DNA from: a virus
Virus record (IMG/VR): IMGVR_UViG_3300048057_000049
Span: 1-52,596 of that record
Strand: one strand, 5' to 3'
Length of the DNA: 52,596 nucleotides
Positions within the stretch are counted from its first letter, which is position 1. Each line of letters opens with the position of its first letter. The position numbers and the translations under genes were made by a program. The notes beneath the pieces are model-generated. The model saw only the letters and a program-made list of their open reading frames with translations, was not told the origin of the DNA and ran no database searches. Below are positions 1 through 8,551 of this stretch, piece by piece.

Positions 1-650
1 GCTAGACACCATGGTCTTGGCACAAGAGCACGATCTAATCCTTGGAGACATCACGGCCGCATCTCCAGTGCTAGACACCATGGTCTTGGCACAAGAGCAC
101 GATCTAATCCTTGGAGACATAGAGACACAGTCACCAAAGCTAGACACCATGGTCTTGGCACAAGAGCACGATCTAATCCTTGGAGACATCACGGCCGCAT
201 CTCCAGTGCTAGACACCATGGTCTTGGCACAAGAGCACGATCTAATCCTTGGAGACATAGAGACTCAGGCACCTACGCTAGACACCATGACGGTTAGCGA
301 GGGCATAGTCTTAGATCTAGGAGACATCACGGCCGCATCTCCAGTGCTAGACACCATGGTCTTGGCGCAGGAGCACGATCTAATCCTTGGAGACATAGAG
401 ACTCAGGCACCTACGCTAGATACCATGACGGTTAGCGAAGGCGTAGTCTTAGATCTAGGAGACATCACGGCCACATCCCCAGTGCTGGACATCATGGTCT
501 TGGCGCAGGAGCACGATCTAATCCTTGGAAACATAGAGGCCCAGGCACCTACGCTAGATACCATGACTTTAACTCAAGATCATTACCTGATTCTTGAGGA
601 CATAGAAACCCAAGCACCAGTGCTAGACATCATGACATTCATCAAAATAG
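1..650 (+). repeat. 69-bp (23-codon) tandem repeat array inside the fibre gene, about 9.4 units
   Basis: Near-identical units ctagacaccatggtcttggcacaagagcacgatctaatccttggagacat..., alternating between two variants in the last third of each unit. Confidence 0.95.
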
Positions 651-757
651 AAGGTTTATACGTAGTTTTTACCGAGCGTGAACCATCTATATTGTTTAGT
701 AGCCAAGAGCCTGCTATAGTTTTTGCAGAGCGCAGTCCGTCAGTAAAAATTCAGTAA
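2..757 (+). CDS. C-terminal part of a LamG-domain tail-fibre-like protein. It is the same ORF as 51624..52596, read across the contig junction. Contains about nine 23-aa tandem repeats followed by a unique C-terminus.
   Basis: The frame is open from base 2 (LDT MVLAQEHDLILGDITAASPV ...) with the stop at 755-757. Bases 1-116 equal 52481-52596 and the reading frame is continuous across the overlap. Confidence 0.7.
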   Translation, partial: LDTMVLAQEHDLILGDITAASPVLDTMVLAQEHDLILGDIETQSPKLDTMVLAQEHDLILGDITAASPVLDTMVLAQEHDLILGDIETQAPTLDTMTVSEGIVLDLGDITAASPVLDTMVLAQEHDLILGDIETQAPTLDTMTVSEGVVLDLGDITATSPVLDIMVLAQEHDLILGNIEAQAPTLDTMTLTQDHYLILEDIETQAPVLDIMTFIKIEGLYVVFTEREPSILFSSQEPAIVFAERSPSVKIQ

Positions 758-772
758 ATAGGAGTTATACCC

Positions 773-1156
773 ATGGCAATGCTTTATAACAGAGTTTTAG
801 ATGAAGGCTTAAACGTTCTAATTACAGCAACCGGATTAGCGGATAAGATGTATCTTTGTTCCGCTGAACCAACCACATACACCGAAGCGATCACCACATA
901 TGCGTTAGGTTGGGATAATGGTAATCTTGTCATTACAGGTCCAGCAGACAGAGCAGGTGGAGGCCGAGAAGTTACAATGGCCGCATTAAATAACAATGGT
1001 ATTGCCACAGCTACAGGGTTCGCACTTTGGTATGCCATTGTTGATGATGGTGCAACAGAGTTGCTTGCCACAGGTCCATGTACATCACAGGCAATAACCA
1101 GCGGCAATTCATTCTCAACCAACCAGGTGAAGATCGGCATACCTGATCCGGCATAA
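773..1156 (+). CDS. hypothetical protein, fibre-associated by position
   Basis: 127-aa ORF with a SD-like aggag upstream of the ATG, directly after the fibre gene. The antisense ORF 784..1215 is judged spurious. Confidence 0.5.
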   Translation: MAMLYNRVLDEGLNVLITATGLADKMYLCSAEPTTYTEAITTYALGWDNGNLVITGPADRAGGGREVTMAALNNNGIATATGFALWYAIVDDGATELLATGPCTSQAITSGNSFSTNQVKIGIPDPA

Positions 1157-1168
1157 GAGGGACTAGAT

Positions 1169-1501
1169 ATGACCGTCCTGTCTTCAGTGAATGATCGTGG
1201 CACGAAAATTGTCACGATTACATTCTATGACGAAAACGATCAGATCGTTCAACCAACCAGTGCTACCTGGACATTGGTAGATGAATACGGCCGTGTGATC
1301 AACAATCACAATCGAGATCCAGTATCTCCCATAGCCAACACTTATGACATCACCTTATATAATGATGATCACGCCTATCAAGATGGTGACAAGCGCCACC
1401 TCATTATAGAAGCCATTTATGATAATGGTGTTGTTGCCGATTTAACAATGAAGCAGCAAGCAACATGGGAAGTTATTGATCTGCCGTTCATAACAACATA
1501 G
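1169..1501 (+). CDS. hypothetical protein
   Basis: 110-aa ORF with SD-like gaggga upstream. It is the last rightward gene before the convergent terminator. Confidence 0.5.
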   Translation: MTVLSSVNDRGTKIVTITFYDENDQIVQPTSATWTLVDEYGRVINNHNRDPVSPIANTYDITLYNDDHAYQDGDKRHLIIEAIYDNGVVADLTMKQQATWEVIDLPFITT

Positions 1502-1531
1502 TTGACAGATCGAGATTGAATCGTCCATAAT
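1502..1531 (+). promoter_or_regulatory. sigma70-like promoter candidate (TTGACA, 18-nt spacer, CATAAT)
   Basis: TTGACA at 1502-1507 and CATAAT at 1526-1531, in the convergent intergenic region. Confidence 0.35.
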
Positions 1532-1583
1532 AAGTATAGAAACAGGTTGCCTTGAGAGTCACCTTGTTTTCTCCTTTATGCAG

Positions 1584-1618
1584 CAAAAGAGATCGGCTGA
1601 CTAAACCGATCTCTTTTG
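1584..1618. terminator. bidirectional terminator-like hairpin between the convergent operons
   Basis: 13-bp perfect stem caaaagagatcgg / ccgatctcttttg with a 9-nt loop, followed by tgtattt. Confidence 0.6.
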
Positions 1619-1751
1619 TATTTAGGAATAGCACATTTCCTAGAGGAATTTAATTGTACTGCGTTCCAACTTTGTCAATCACCTTCTATCCTTCGCGCCC
1701 GATACAACAAGCGTCTTGCAGCAGGAGCATGACCAGTCAATAATACAGAAG

Positions 1752-2096
1752 TTAACTATAAAAGCAGTTTAGCCATTTATATTTTTTATAGAAAGCGATA
1801 ATCAGTTTCATCATAGCAGGCCGAGGCACTCCTTCGTTCTCGCATAGCTCATTAAATTCACGGTATGTCTTTTCATCCGTTTCCACGATTATCCTATACC
1901 GCCTCTCGCCCTTATAAATTTTCAGTTTGCGGCGCACCGTGTTAGACTCTCCGCCGGATAACACATAGGCTATTGCGCCAGGATTGATCCCTTCGCTTTC
2001 AGACAATCTACCACGATTACCTGCTTCTTCGGCCAGTACGTTTAGTTTCTCTCTAAGCGTTTCTTTGCTATTTGCGTATGTTGCTACCTTTTTCAT
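1752..2096 (-). CDS. hypothetical protein (last gene of the leftward operon)
   Basis: 114-aa ORF with no recognisable motif. Confidence 0.5.
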   Translation of the reverse strand: MKKVATYANSKETLREKLNVLAEEAGNRGRLSESEGINPGAIAYVLSGGESNTVRRKLKIYKGERRYRIIVETDEKTYREFNELCENEGVPRPAMMKLIIAFYKKYKWLNCFYS

Positions 2097-2153
2097 ATTA
2101 TCGCCCCGTACAGGTATAGTCTACCCCTAAATTAAATCTTAATTTTTCTCTCT

Positions 2154-2891
2154 TTAGTTCGCAGTATGCTTTTGTCCAAAAACATGCCAGAGTTCGGGAT
2201 GTAGAAACAGATAGGCTACATAGGGTTCTATTAGAGCGATAAATTTTTCTTGTTGGTCAGGACTAGTTAATTTCGTGTCAACGATCAGAACTTCATCAAT
2301 AGATTCAGAAGCGTCATAGAACAAAGTTCTAGTTGTTGCTTGCTCAACACATTCGTCAACTGCATCCAAAAGGAGGCATAAAAATCTTTCCTTGCTTTTA
2401 GCGAGCGATAATGTTCGCTTTGGCATTTCTAATGCATACCGCAGGTCGAAACTAAAATTAATTACCGAGCTTGGCACAGCAACAATAATAGAGCGCTCAG
2501 GACCAAAAATAGAAATAGGAATAATGAAATCGTGTGTCTCTTGCTTATTAAGCCAATGGAGAATTCGTGTCCAGGGAATAAAACCACCAGAGCGAGGTAT
2601 ATAAGCAAGAATATCACGCTTAAATACCTGGTGCAGCATAAAGGCATCACCAAAGCGATCATGTTTATGGTAAGAGAATGAATTAAGCTCACGAAAAACA
2701 TGGTCAAGGATATGTAACGCCAGTTCGGAAGATTTTGAACCAAGATTACCCCAATCATATCCAAGGTCTGAATAATCACTTTGCTTCAATAGCGGCACAT
2801 TCGTCGCACAGCGACCATCAGCCAACCGCACCAGAAACACACCATAATCCTTTATTGGTATGTCAATAAATGGATAAAGCAAATCACTCAT
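2154..2891 (-). CDS. hypothetical protein; N-terminus possibly DUF6166-like
   Basis: I prefer the internal ATG at 2891 (SD aaagggga upstream on the minus strand) to the track start at 2951. The motif YDWGNLGSKSSELALHIL resembles a WGY-GSG-LAL box recalled from phage DUF6166-type proteins (unverified). Confidence 0.5.
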   Translation of the reverse strand: MSDLLYPFIDIPIKDYGVFLVRLADGRCATNVPLLKQSDYSDLGYDWGNLGSKSSELALHILDHVFRELNSFSYHKHDRFGDAFMLHQVFKRDILAYIPRSGGFIPWTRILHWLNKQETHDFIIPISIFGPERSIIVAVPSSVINFSFDLRYALEMPKRTLSLAKSKERFLCLLLDAVDECVEQATTRTLFYDASESIDEVLIVDTKLTSPDQQEKFIALIEPYVAYLFLHPELWHVFGQKHTAN

Positions 2892-2922
2892 GTTGTTTTC
2901 CCCTTTGCTCAGAAGAGCCCTT

Positions 2923-3138
2923 TTAATTTGTGGTGCGCTTAGGACGGCCACGTGTTTTACCGCCAGGTCGATATCTTATTTTGCGGCCGCGACTACTGTT
3001 CTTTGCTCCAGAAACACGAACATTACGCTCGCGCCAATTCCAATAATGGCTAATAGTGCCATCTTTCTTCTTATACTTACGATATTCTTTGCGCCACTTG
3101 CCTCGCCCTTTTCCATGTCTTGTTCCGCGTTTCTTCAT
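2923..3138 (-). CDS. very basic 71-aa ORF; coding status doubtful
   Basis: Rich in K and R, with a single Met. It overlaps the 3' end of the ParB-like ORF by 62 nt. Confidence 0.25.
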   Translation of the reverse strand: MKKRGTRHGKGRGKWRKEYRKYKKKDGTISHYWNWRERNVRVSGAKNSSRGRKIRYRPGGKTRGRPKRTTN

Positions 3139-3652
3139 GACTGTATCCTCTCGCTTGAAGTTTGCTGATTTTATGGATTAGTTCACGCTCGCGTCCTGTT
3201 ACCACATTGCCTGTGACAGTCCACCAGGCCGGATCTTTTGTTTGCACAATTATGCGACTATCTCCATCGAGGCTGATTGGCGCATTTGAAAGATCGACTT
3301 CTCCTAATATCTCAGCTGATATTTTAGAGATCCCAGCAATGCAGGCCGCAGCAGATCGATGATTACCGTCAGTTACAACGTAATACTTTGTATTAAACAC
3401 AACATATCGAGTAACAACTATACAAGGAGATGGCGTATATTGTCCCTGTTGCATTTTCTTCACCAATGACGAGATTGTAAACGGCCGATATGTTTCATAC
3501 AAAATCGAGTCACAGGGGATCTTCATTTTCTTTGCCGGTCTATAGATCTGCACTTGGGCCAGTTCAGATGTCCCCCAGGCGACCAGCACCTCACGTAATG
3601 CAATGCGCGTTTTTGCTTTGTCTGATTCTACAAATTCATACTGACTATCCAT
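3077..3652 (-). CDS. ParB N-terminal / ParB-like nuclease domain protein
   Basis: The motif VVTDGNHRSAAACIAG matches the conserved DGxHR box of the ParB/Srx fold. 191 aa. Confidence 0.6.
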   Translation of the reverse strand: MDSQYEFVESDKAKTRIALREVLVAWGTSELAQVQIYRPAKKMKIPCDSILYETYRPFTISSLVKKMQQGQYTPSPCIVVTRYVVFNTKYYVVTDGNHRSAAACIAGISKISAEILGEVDLSNAPISLDGDSRIIVQTKDPAWWTVTGNVVTGRERELIHKISKLQARGYSHEETRNKTWKRARQVAQRIS

Positions 3653-3780
3653 AACTTATCTCCTTCGTCCGCATGTCTCCACATTATTTCCGAGTCAACA
3701 AAAATCCATAGCTGCCAGACAGCATTAACCATTTGGTTAACCCAGCGCACTTTTTCTCCCTCGTGATATTTATTTATCAT
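3628..3780 (-). CDS. small hypothetical ORF (50 aa, below the track cutoff)
   Basis: ATG at 3780 with gaggt 5 nt upstream on the minus strand (MINKYHEGEKVRW...). Overlaps the ParB-like start by 25 nt. Confidence 0.3.
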   Translation of the reverse strand: MINKYHEGEKVRWVNQMVNAVWQLWIFVDSEIMWRHADEGDKLWIVSMNL

Positions 3781-3818
3781 CTAACCTCAATCCATCCAGG
3801 ATGCTATTCATCTTAGTT

Positions 3819-4664
3819 TCAAATTAACGTCATTTGTAATGGTTTAGAAGGAAGGTCATAGTTCATCCAAACGACCTCAGTTGCTTTTCTTGTGCCGTTG
3901 ATCCTTGATTCGGTCTCCATCATATTCCAGCCGGCCAAGCAATTAGCATATAGTTCATGATGATAGCCGGAGATCATTACGGAACCTCTTAACTTTACTA
4001 CAACGTCTAGTAATTTTTCATGATCTTCTAGTGTCATTTCGTGGGCATATGCCGTTTGTTTCCAGGAAGCACGAGTTTCAGCTACATAAGGAGGATCTAG
4101 ATACCACATGACGTTACGTTGATCATAGCGATCTAGTAAGTCAAATATATCCAAACATTCAATCTGAACACCACGCAGGCGATCAGCGACTGCATACAAT
4201 CTATCTACCCGAGCGAACGAAGTGGCAGCAGCCGTTAAACGGCCGTTAGATCTGGAGGCTGTCCCAACCACTTTTTGACGACGCCAACCGGTCTGCCATT
4301 GCGCCGTAGGTCCGGCAATTGACATATAACTGCGAATATAGAAACGTCGTGCTATTTCAAGGTCGTCAAGACCACCTTCATTTGCCGCTGCTTTAAATTC
4401 TTTCAGAGCATAAGGAGTTTTCCAGAGTGCTTCAATCAATTCCTCTTCCCTATCACGAAGCATACGAAAAAAAATAACTACATCTTCACACAGGTCATTA
4501 TAAACTTCCAGTGTGGCGCGATCGCGTTGGAGAAGAATAGCGGCAGATCCACCAAAACCCTCAATAAATACCTCTTCATCCTGCATCAAAGGAATTAACC
4601 ATCTTGCTAGGAGCCATTTACTTCCATGATATCTAATAGCTGGCCTAATCCCCATTATGCCCAT
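3819..4664 (-). CDS. dam: DNA adenine methyltransferase, Dam/D12 class
   Basis: N-terminal RYHGSKWLLA box and catalytic WYLDPPY motif. 281 aa. Confidence 0.8.
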   Translation of the reverse strand: MGIMGIRPAIRYHGSKWLLARWLIPLMQDEEVFIEGFGGSAAILLQRDRATLEVYNDLCEDVVIFFRMLRDREEELIEALWKTPYALKEFKAAANEGGLDDLEIARRFYIRSYMSIAGPTAQWQTGWRRQKVVGTASRSNGRLTAAATSFARVDRLYAVADRLRGVQIECLDIFDLLDRYDQRNVMWYLDPPYVAETRASWKQTAYAHEMTLEDHEKLLDVVVKLRGSVMISGYHHELYANCLAGWNMMETESRINGTRKATEVVWMNYDLPSKPLQMTLI

Positions 4665-5268
4665 CCATCTGCCAATCAGTTATATATTGCTTTCGAGTAC
4701 CACACCCCTTCCCATTCTTTAGGTGATCTTTTTCCCAAACAAACCAGGCGGTTGTTACAGAGTCGGTTTTGCCATCATCTGTGTAGCTGGGGCGAGGACT
4801 GCCAAAGATCAATTGGTGAGAATGGAAGGGCTGCATCTCCTGCAGCAGTTTGGCGCGGCCATAATGCCGACCATGCCCCTGTGTCGGCTCATCAAATGAC
4901 AATCGTAACAGCATAGCTATATTTGTAATCCCCACATGCCACGCAATTCTTAATATTTCCGCTGCACAGTAATAGGGAGGATTAGTGACAAGCCAATCCC
5001 ACCTTAGTCGACTTCTCCACATAGGATGATCATAATTAGTTGCGTCCCCATGAAAGGTCGTTGGCATGTCTGGATCTATATCATTTGTAACTACAACTTT
5101 AACCCTTGGAGATCTCGCAATTTTTCGGGCTACAGCTAATTTCCCCGCAGCGGGTTCCAGTACTGCTCCGTGTATATCTACCGAATTTATCAATGAAACA
5201 ACCTGTGCTTGACTTGTGTAATAAGCATCAAGATGTCTGCGAGCAATCTTCTCTTTTGCCTCAGTCAT
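4645..5268 (-). CDS. second N6-adenine DNA methyltransferase-like protein
   Basis: SAM-binding motif VLEPAAGKLAV and catalytic LVTNPPYY. The 3' end overlaps the dam start by 20 nt. Confidence 0.65.
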   Translation of the reverse strand: MTEAKEKIARRHLDAYYTSQAQVVSLINSVDIHGAVLEPAAGKLAVARKIARSPRVKVVVTNDIDPDMPTTFHGDATNYDHPMWRSRLRWDWLVTNPPYYCAAEILRIAWHVGITNIAMLLRLSFDEPTQGHGRHYGRAKLLQEMQPFHSHQLIFGSPRPSYTDDGKTDSVTTAWFVWEKDHLKNGKGCGTRKQYITDWQMDGHNGD

Positions 5269-5303
5269 AATACGTTCCCCTTTTATTGTGTGCTACTCAT
5301 AAA

Positions 5304-6701
5304 TTATAAATCAATCGGTGCATGTTCTTTTCGCATCAGATTGGCAAAGCGCATCTTCTCAGGGCTGAAGAATAGATCTATTTCTCCAACCGGTCCATTA
5401 CGGTTCTTGGCAACATCAATCTCGCAGATACCTGCGCGTTCAGTGCCAGGATTATAGTACTCGTCACGATACAGAAATATGACAATATCAGCATCCTGTT
5501 CCATATCGCCACTTTCGCGCAGATCTGAAAGCATAGGTTTTTTAATTGCACGCTGCTCAACGCCGCGATTAATTTGGGCCGCAGCCAAGACCACTGTATT
5601 AAGCTCCATAGCAATCTGTTTAAGCCCACGACATATCTGACCAATCTCTTCCACGCGATTCTTAGCCGTTGAACGGCCGCGCATCAATTGAAGATAGTCC
5701 ACCGTGATTAAAGAAAAATAGCCATGTTCGGCAAATAGCCGATGAACCATTGCTTCTAACTGATCGATAGCTAGACTAGGGACAGAATGTAAATACATTG
5801 GGTATTCGGACATCTTTCCAATGGCTCGCTGAACATCTTGCCATTTTTTTTCAGGGAGTGAGAAAGGGTGCAAGATTTGCTTATACGGTATCTGCGTCAT
5901 AGTAGACAGCATGCGTATGGTTAATTGCTGAGTTGACATCTCTAAATTGAAGCACGCTACACGTTTGCCCTTAGCAATCAAATTCATTCTTATTGCCTGC
6001 TCCCATAGACTCTTGCCCATACCAGGACGGCCAGCCTCAATAACAAGAGCGCCTTGCTCAATCCCTTGCAAAAGTTGGTCAAGATCTCTAAAGCCAGTGA
6101 TCAATCCAGCATCCATTGATGTTTTTTGATTAACTCGTCTATCTCCAAGAACATCCAAAATTTGACTGCCGGCTACATAGCTAGAAATAGGCTCATTATC
6201 ATTGGCGTCACCGCCAATCTTGCGAATTCCATCGAGTGTGGTAGATACAATAGAATCAATGGTATTCTCGCCATTGTAGGCAGCAGAAGCGATCTGACCA
6301 GCCAGGGCGATAGCTCTACGCCGATTGTAGTCAGTACGCACAATAGAAGCATAGCTATGTAAATTGGTGGAGGTTGGAACGGAATTACATAAGTCAATAA
6401 CCTTCACCTCGACGTTATCCGCAATGTCCCAATCGTTAAGGACATCGCAAACTGTAATCACGTCTATAGCCATCTTATTCTCTTGCAAATGCTTGAACGC
6501 TTTAAATATTTGCCGGTACAGACCACGATAGAACATTTCCGGCAACAGCTTCACCTCACTGAGCCGGTCAGGTTCAATAAACAGCGAGCCAAGAACGGCC
6601 GCTTCTGCTTCTTCGCTATAGGGAGGTAAAAAGGTATCGGGAGTTTCATATACGGCCGATGTATGGCCGTTGGACGGTTTTGTAGTGGTTGCCATATTCA
6701 A
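5304..6701 (-). CDS. dnaB: replicative DNA helicase DnaB
   Basis: N-terminal PPYSEEAEAAVLGSL box, Walker A GRPGMGKS and a RecA-like C-terminal domain (DADIVIFLYRDEYY). 465 aa. Confidence 0.9.
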   Translation of the reverse strand: MNMATTTKPSNGHTSAVYETPDTFLPPYSEEAEAAVLGSLFIEPDRLSEVKLLPEMFYRGLYRQIFKAFKHLQENKMAIDVITVCDVLNDWDIADNVEVKVIDLCNSVPTSTNLHSYASIVRTDYNRRRAIALAGQIASAAYNGENTIDSIVSTTLDGIRKIGGDANDNEPISSYVAGSQILDVLGDRRVNQKTSMDAGLITGFRDLDQLLQGIEQGALVIEAGRPGMGKSLWEQAIRMNLIAKGKRVACFNLEMSTQQLTIRMLSTMTQIPYKQILHPFSLPEKKWQDVQRAIGKMSEYPMYLHSVPSLAIDQLEAMVHRLFAEHGYFSLITVDYLQLMRGRSTAKNRVEEIGQICRGLKQIAMELNTVVLAAAQINRGVEQRAIKKPMLSDLRESGDMEQDADIVIFLYRDEYYNPGTERAGICEIDVAKNRNGPVGEIDLFFSPEKMRFANLMRKEHAPIDL

Positions 6702-6707
6702 TTGTCC

Positions 6708-7709
6708 TTACAGTTTTCTAATATCACGCACTGCGACTGCGATCTTAACACGGAGAGTATCCAAGGGCATACGCATCATTTGCGGGTAGCCGCCTTCAAT
6801 TTTATCTACTATTTTATCATAGCCGATTTCTGCTAATTGGGCGATTGCATCTTGTTGTTTATATCGACTAGGATTGTTTTGCATGACTTCAATGATCTGT
6901 TCTTGAATATCCAGTACACCAGGCCAGCTATCATGAGCACTAGGGAGATAGTCGGCGGAATGTTCCCAGGTACTCATAATATCCACAATCGAAGGCCAGG
7001 CATTCTTCTTGCCTTTCCAATACCCGTTGTACCAGAAATTTGGCGTTTGTGATCGACTGTATCGCTTGAAAACGAGATCGGCCGTAATACCAGCACGAAA
7101 CATTTTCATGACTTTTGCTTCATCATCTTCGAGCACCAGAAGTGGACTCAACTTACATACGTGACAGACCATAGACTTAAGTTGCTCATAAGCTCCACCG
7201 ACATCATAAGTATGGCCATTGACTTCCCTTTGAGTCGTCGGTGTCGTTTCGTGTGTCGTTTTTGTCGTTTCAAGCTGGCTATAAAGAAAAGACAGGTCGT
7301 TATCCAAGAATAGATGGTTATCCAAAGTAGATGGTATATCAATAAATAGATCCTCTTTAGTATATATATATATATAAGATAGCAACGACAAAACGACAGA
7401 AACGACAATGGGCCTGGTTTGCAGGTGATCCAGGATATAAGCGACAGAGCAAAATTGGTGCGCCTGCTCCATCAAGATTTTCTTTGGTTGTGCTTCAATG
7501 CTACGGAAATAACGAAGGTTGCCGCGCTTGTTTTCAATGACGAAACCTTCAGTATGCGGGAGAGATTTTGCATATCGTTGAACGCTACGCAGCGTCAATC
7601 CTGATGCATCTGCGTATTCAGCCAGATCCACACGAACCAACGGTCCAAATCTCAGGCCAACCTGGATTGCTTTCACCAGGTCGGTTACGCCATCTCCATT
7701 TTTATTCAT
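6708..7709 (-). CDS. putative replication initiator (lambda O-like organisation)
   Basis: Sits directly upstream of dnaB and has an N-terminal HTH-like segment (GLTLRSVQRYAKSL). The central low-complexity linker is encoded by an iteron plus AT-rich block at 7234-7407. Confidence 0.45.
   Translation of the reverse strand: MNKNGDGVTDLVKAIQVGLRFGPLVRVDLAEYADASGLTLRSVQRYAKSLPHTEGFVIENKRGNLRYFRSIEAQPKKILMEQAHQFCSVAYILDHLQTRPIVVSVVLSLLSYIYIYTKEDLFIDIPSTLDNHLFLDNDLSFLYSQLETTKTTHETTPTTQREVNGHTYDVGGAYEQLKSMVCHVCKLSPLLVLEDDEAKVMKMFRAGITADLVFKRYSRSQTPNFWYNGYWKGKKNAWPSIVDIMSTWEHSADYLPSAHDSWPGVLDIQEQIIEVMQNNPSRYKQQDAIAQLAEIGYDKIVDKIEGGYPQMMRMPLDTLRVKIAVAVRDIRKL
7234..7407. repeat. ori-like block inside the initiator gene: direct TGTCGTTT x3, an AT-rich core with (TA)8, and inverted TGTCGTTT x3
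   Basis: TGTCGTTT at 7242, 7254 and 7263. Extra GTCGT at 7234 and 7296. tagatggt(t)at x2 at about 7310-7337. (TA)8 at 7361-7376. aaacgaca (the reverse complement) at 7383, 7391 and 7400. Confidence 0.5.
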
Positions 7710-7744
7710 ATTTTCACCCCTTTCTAAATAATTCGCTCACCCCT

Positions 7745-7773
7745 ATATTAAACGATATGCCCGTATTAGTCAA
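7745..7773 (-). promoter_or_regulatory. leftward sigma70-like promoter (TTGACT, 17-nt spacer, TAATAT)
   Basis: Read on the minus strand: -35 at 7768-7773 and -10 at 7745-7750, about 35 nt upstream of the 7709 start. Confidence 0.6.
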
Positions 7774-7929
7774 TAGCAAACAAAAAAGGGTAGACAATTA
7801 CACGCAACGCAAGGGGAAGCGCTACAAGGTGCTTGAGCGAACACCCTTTTGAATCATCTACCCTAACATCCTTTTTACAGGATGGAGCAAAAAGAAGTAT
7901 AGCAATTTATTGCAAAATAAGCCAGAGTG

Positions 7930-7957
7930 TTGACATGCGCCTTGATTCTGTTATAAT
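7930..7957 (+). promoter_or_regulatory. rightward sigma70-like promoter (TTGACA, 16-nt spacer, TGT-TATAAT extended -10)
   Basis: -35 at 7930-7935 and -10 at 7952-7957, preceded by TGT. Confidence 0.65.
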
Positions 7958-8090
7958 GTCCGTATAGGGTAGTGGTTGCCCTAGTCTCATTCATGAGCAA
8001 CAGCTTATGAGCCTTCTTGCAGAGGGGGAGTGATTAGACGGTAATCGCTCCCCATCTCAAACAACCACCAACGCAAAGGGGATATAACTT

Positions 8091-8441
8091 ATGATGAATA
8101 ATTCAGTTAAACTACATCCAGATTTTAACATACATTTCAAAACGTTAGGCCAAACAGTTCAAACGCGAGTCACGATCCTAAGCCAGCCGGCATACAATGA
8201 AAATACGCCTATCACCATGATCGAGCCAGGTAGAACCATGATCATTGGCGACATTCTCGAAGATCTCAAAGGTCTGCTCACACGCTTTGGTAAGCCTGCA
8301 CTCAATGACATGACCTACACCGCAGGTAGGGAAGGTGGAGGATTCTCAAGTAGAGCTATCGAGGCATTACGAGATTACGCTTTTGCTGGTGAATCACCTG
8401 CACCAAGAGCAAAACCAGGCCGGAGAAAGCATACTGATTAA
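8091..8441 (+). CDS. hypothetical protein (first rightward early gene)
   Basis: SD aaagggga upstream of the ATG, about 135 nt downstream of a consensus promoter. 116 aa. Confidence 0.55.
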   Translation: MMNNSVKLHPDFNIHFKTLGQTVQTRVTILSQPAYNENTPITMIEPGRTMIIGDILEDLKGLLTRFGKPALNDMTYTAGREGGGFSSRAIEALRDYAFAGESPAPRAKPGRRKHTD

Positions 8442-8497
8442 AAGTCCCGCAAAATAATGATCAAGCCCTGGTGAGGGCATAAGACACACACTGCTAC

Positions 8498-8551
8498 GCT
8501 GCACCAGCGAGCGCCATACACTTCTCCTTAATCCTCAATCGCTGGTGCAGC
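8498..8551 (+). terminator. long hairpin downstream of 8091..8441
   Basis: 13-bp perfect stem gctgcaccagcga / tcgctggtgcagc with a 28-nt loop. No U-tract follows. Confidence 0.35.

Noticed and set aside
1-757. Diversity-generating retroelement (template/variable repeat) explanation for the near-identical fibre repeats
   Set aside because: No reverse transcriptase is present in the genome. The differences between units are block substitutions rather than adenine-specific mismatches.
784-1215. Minus-strand ORF 784..1215 (143 aa)
   Set aside because: It is fully antisense to two plus-strand genes with SD sequences in a uniformly plus-strand operon.
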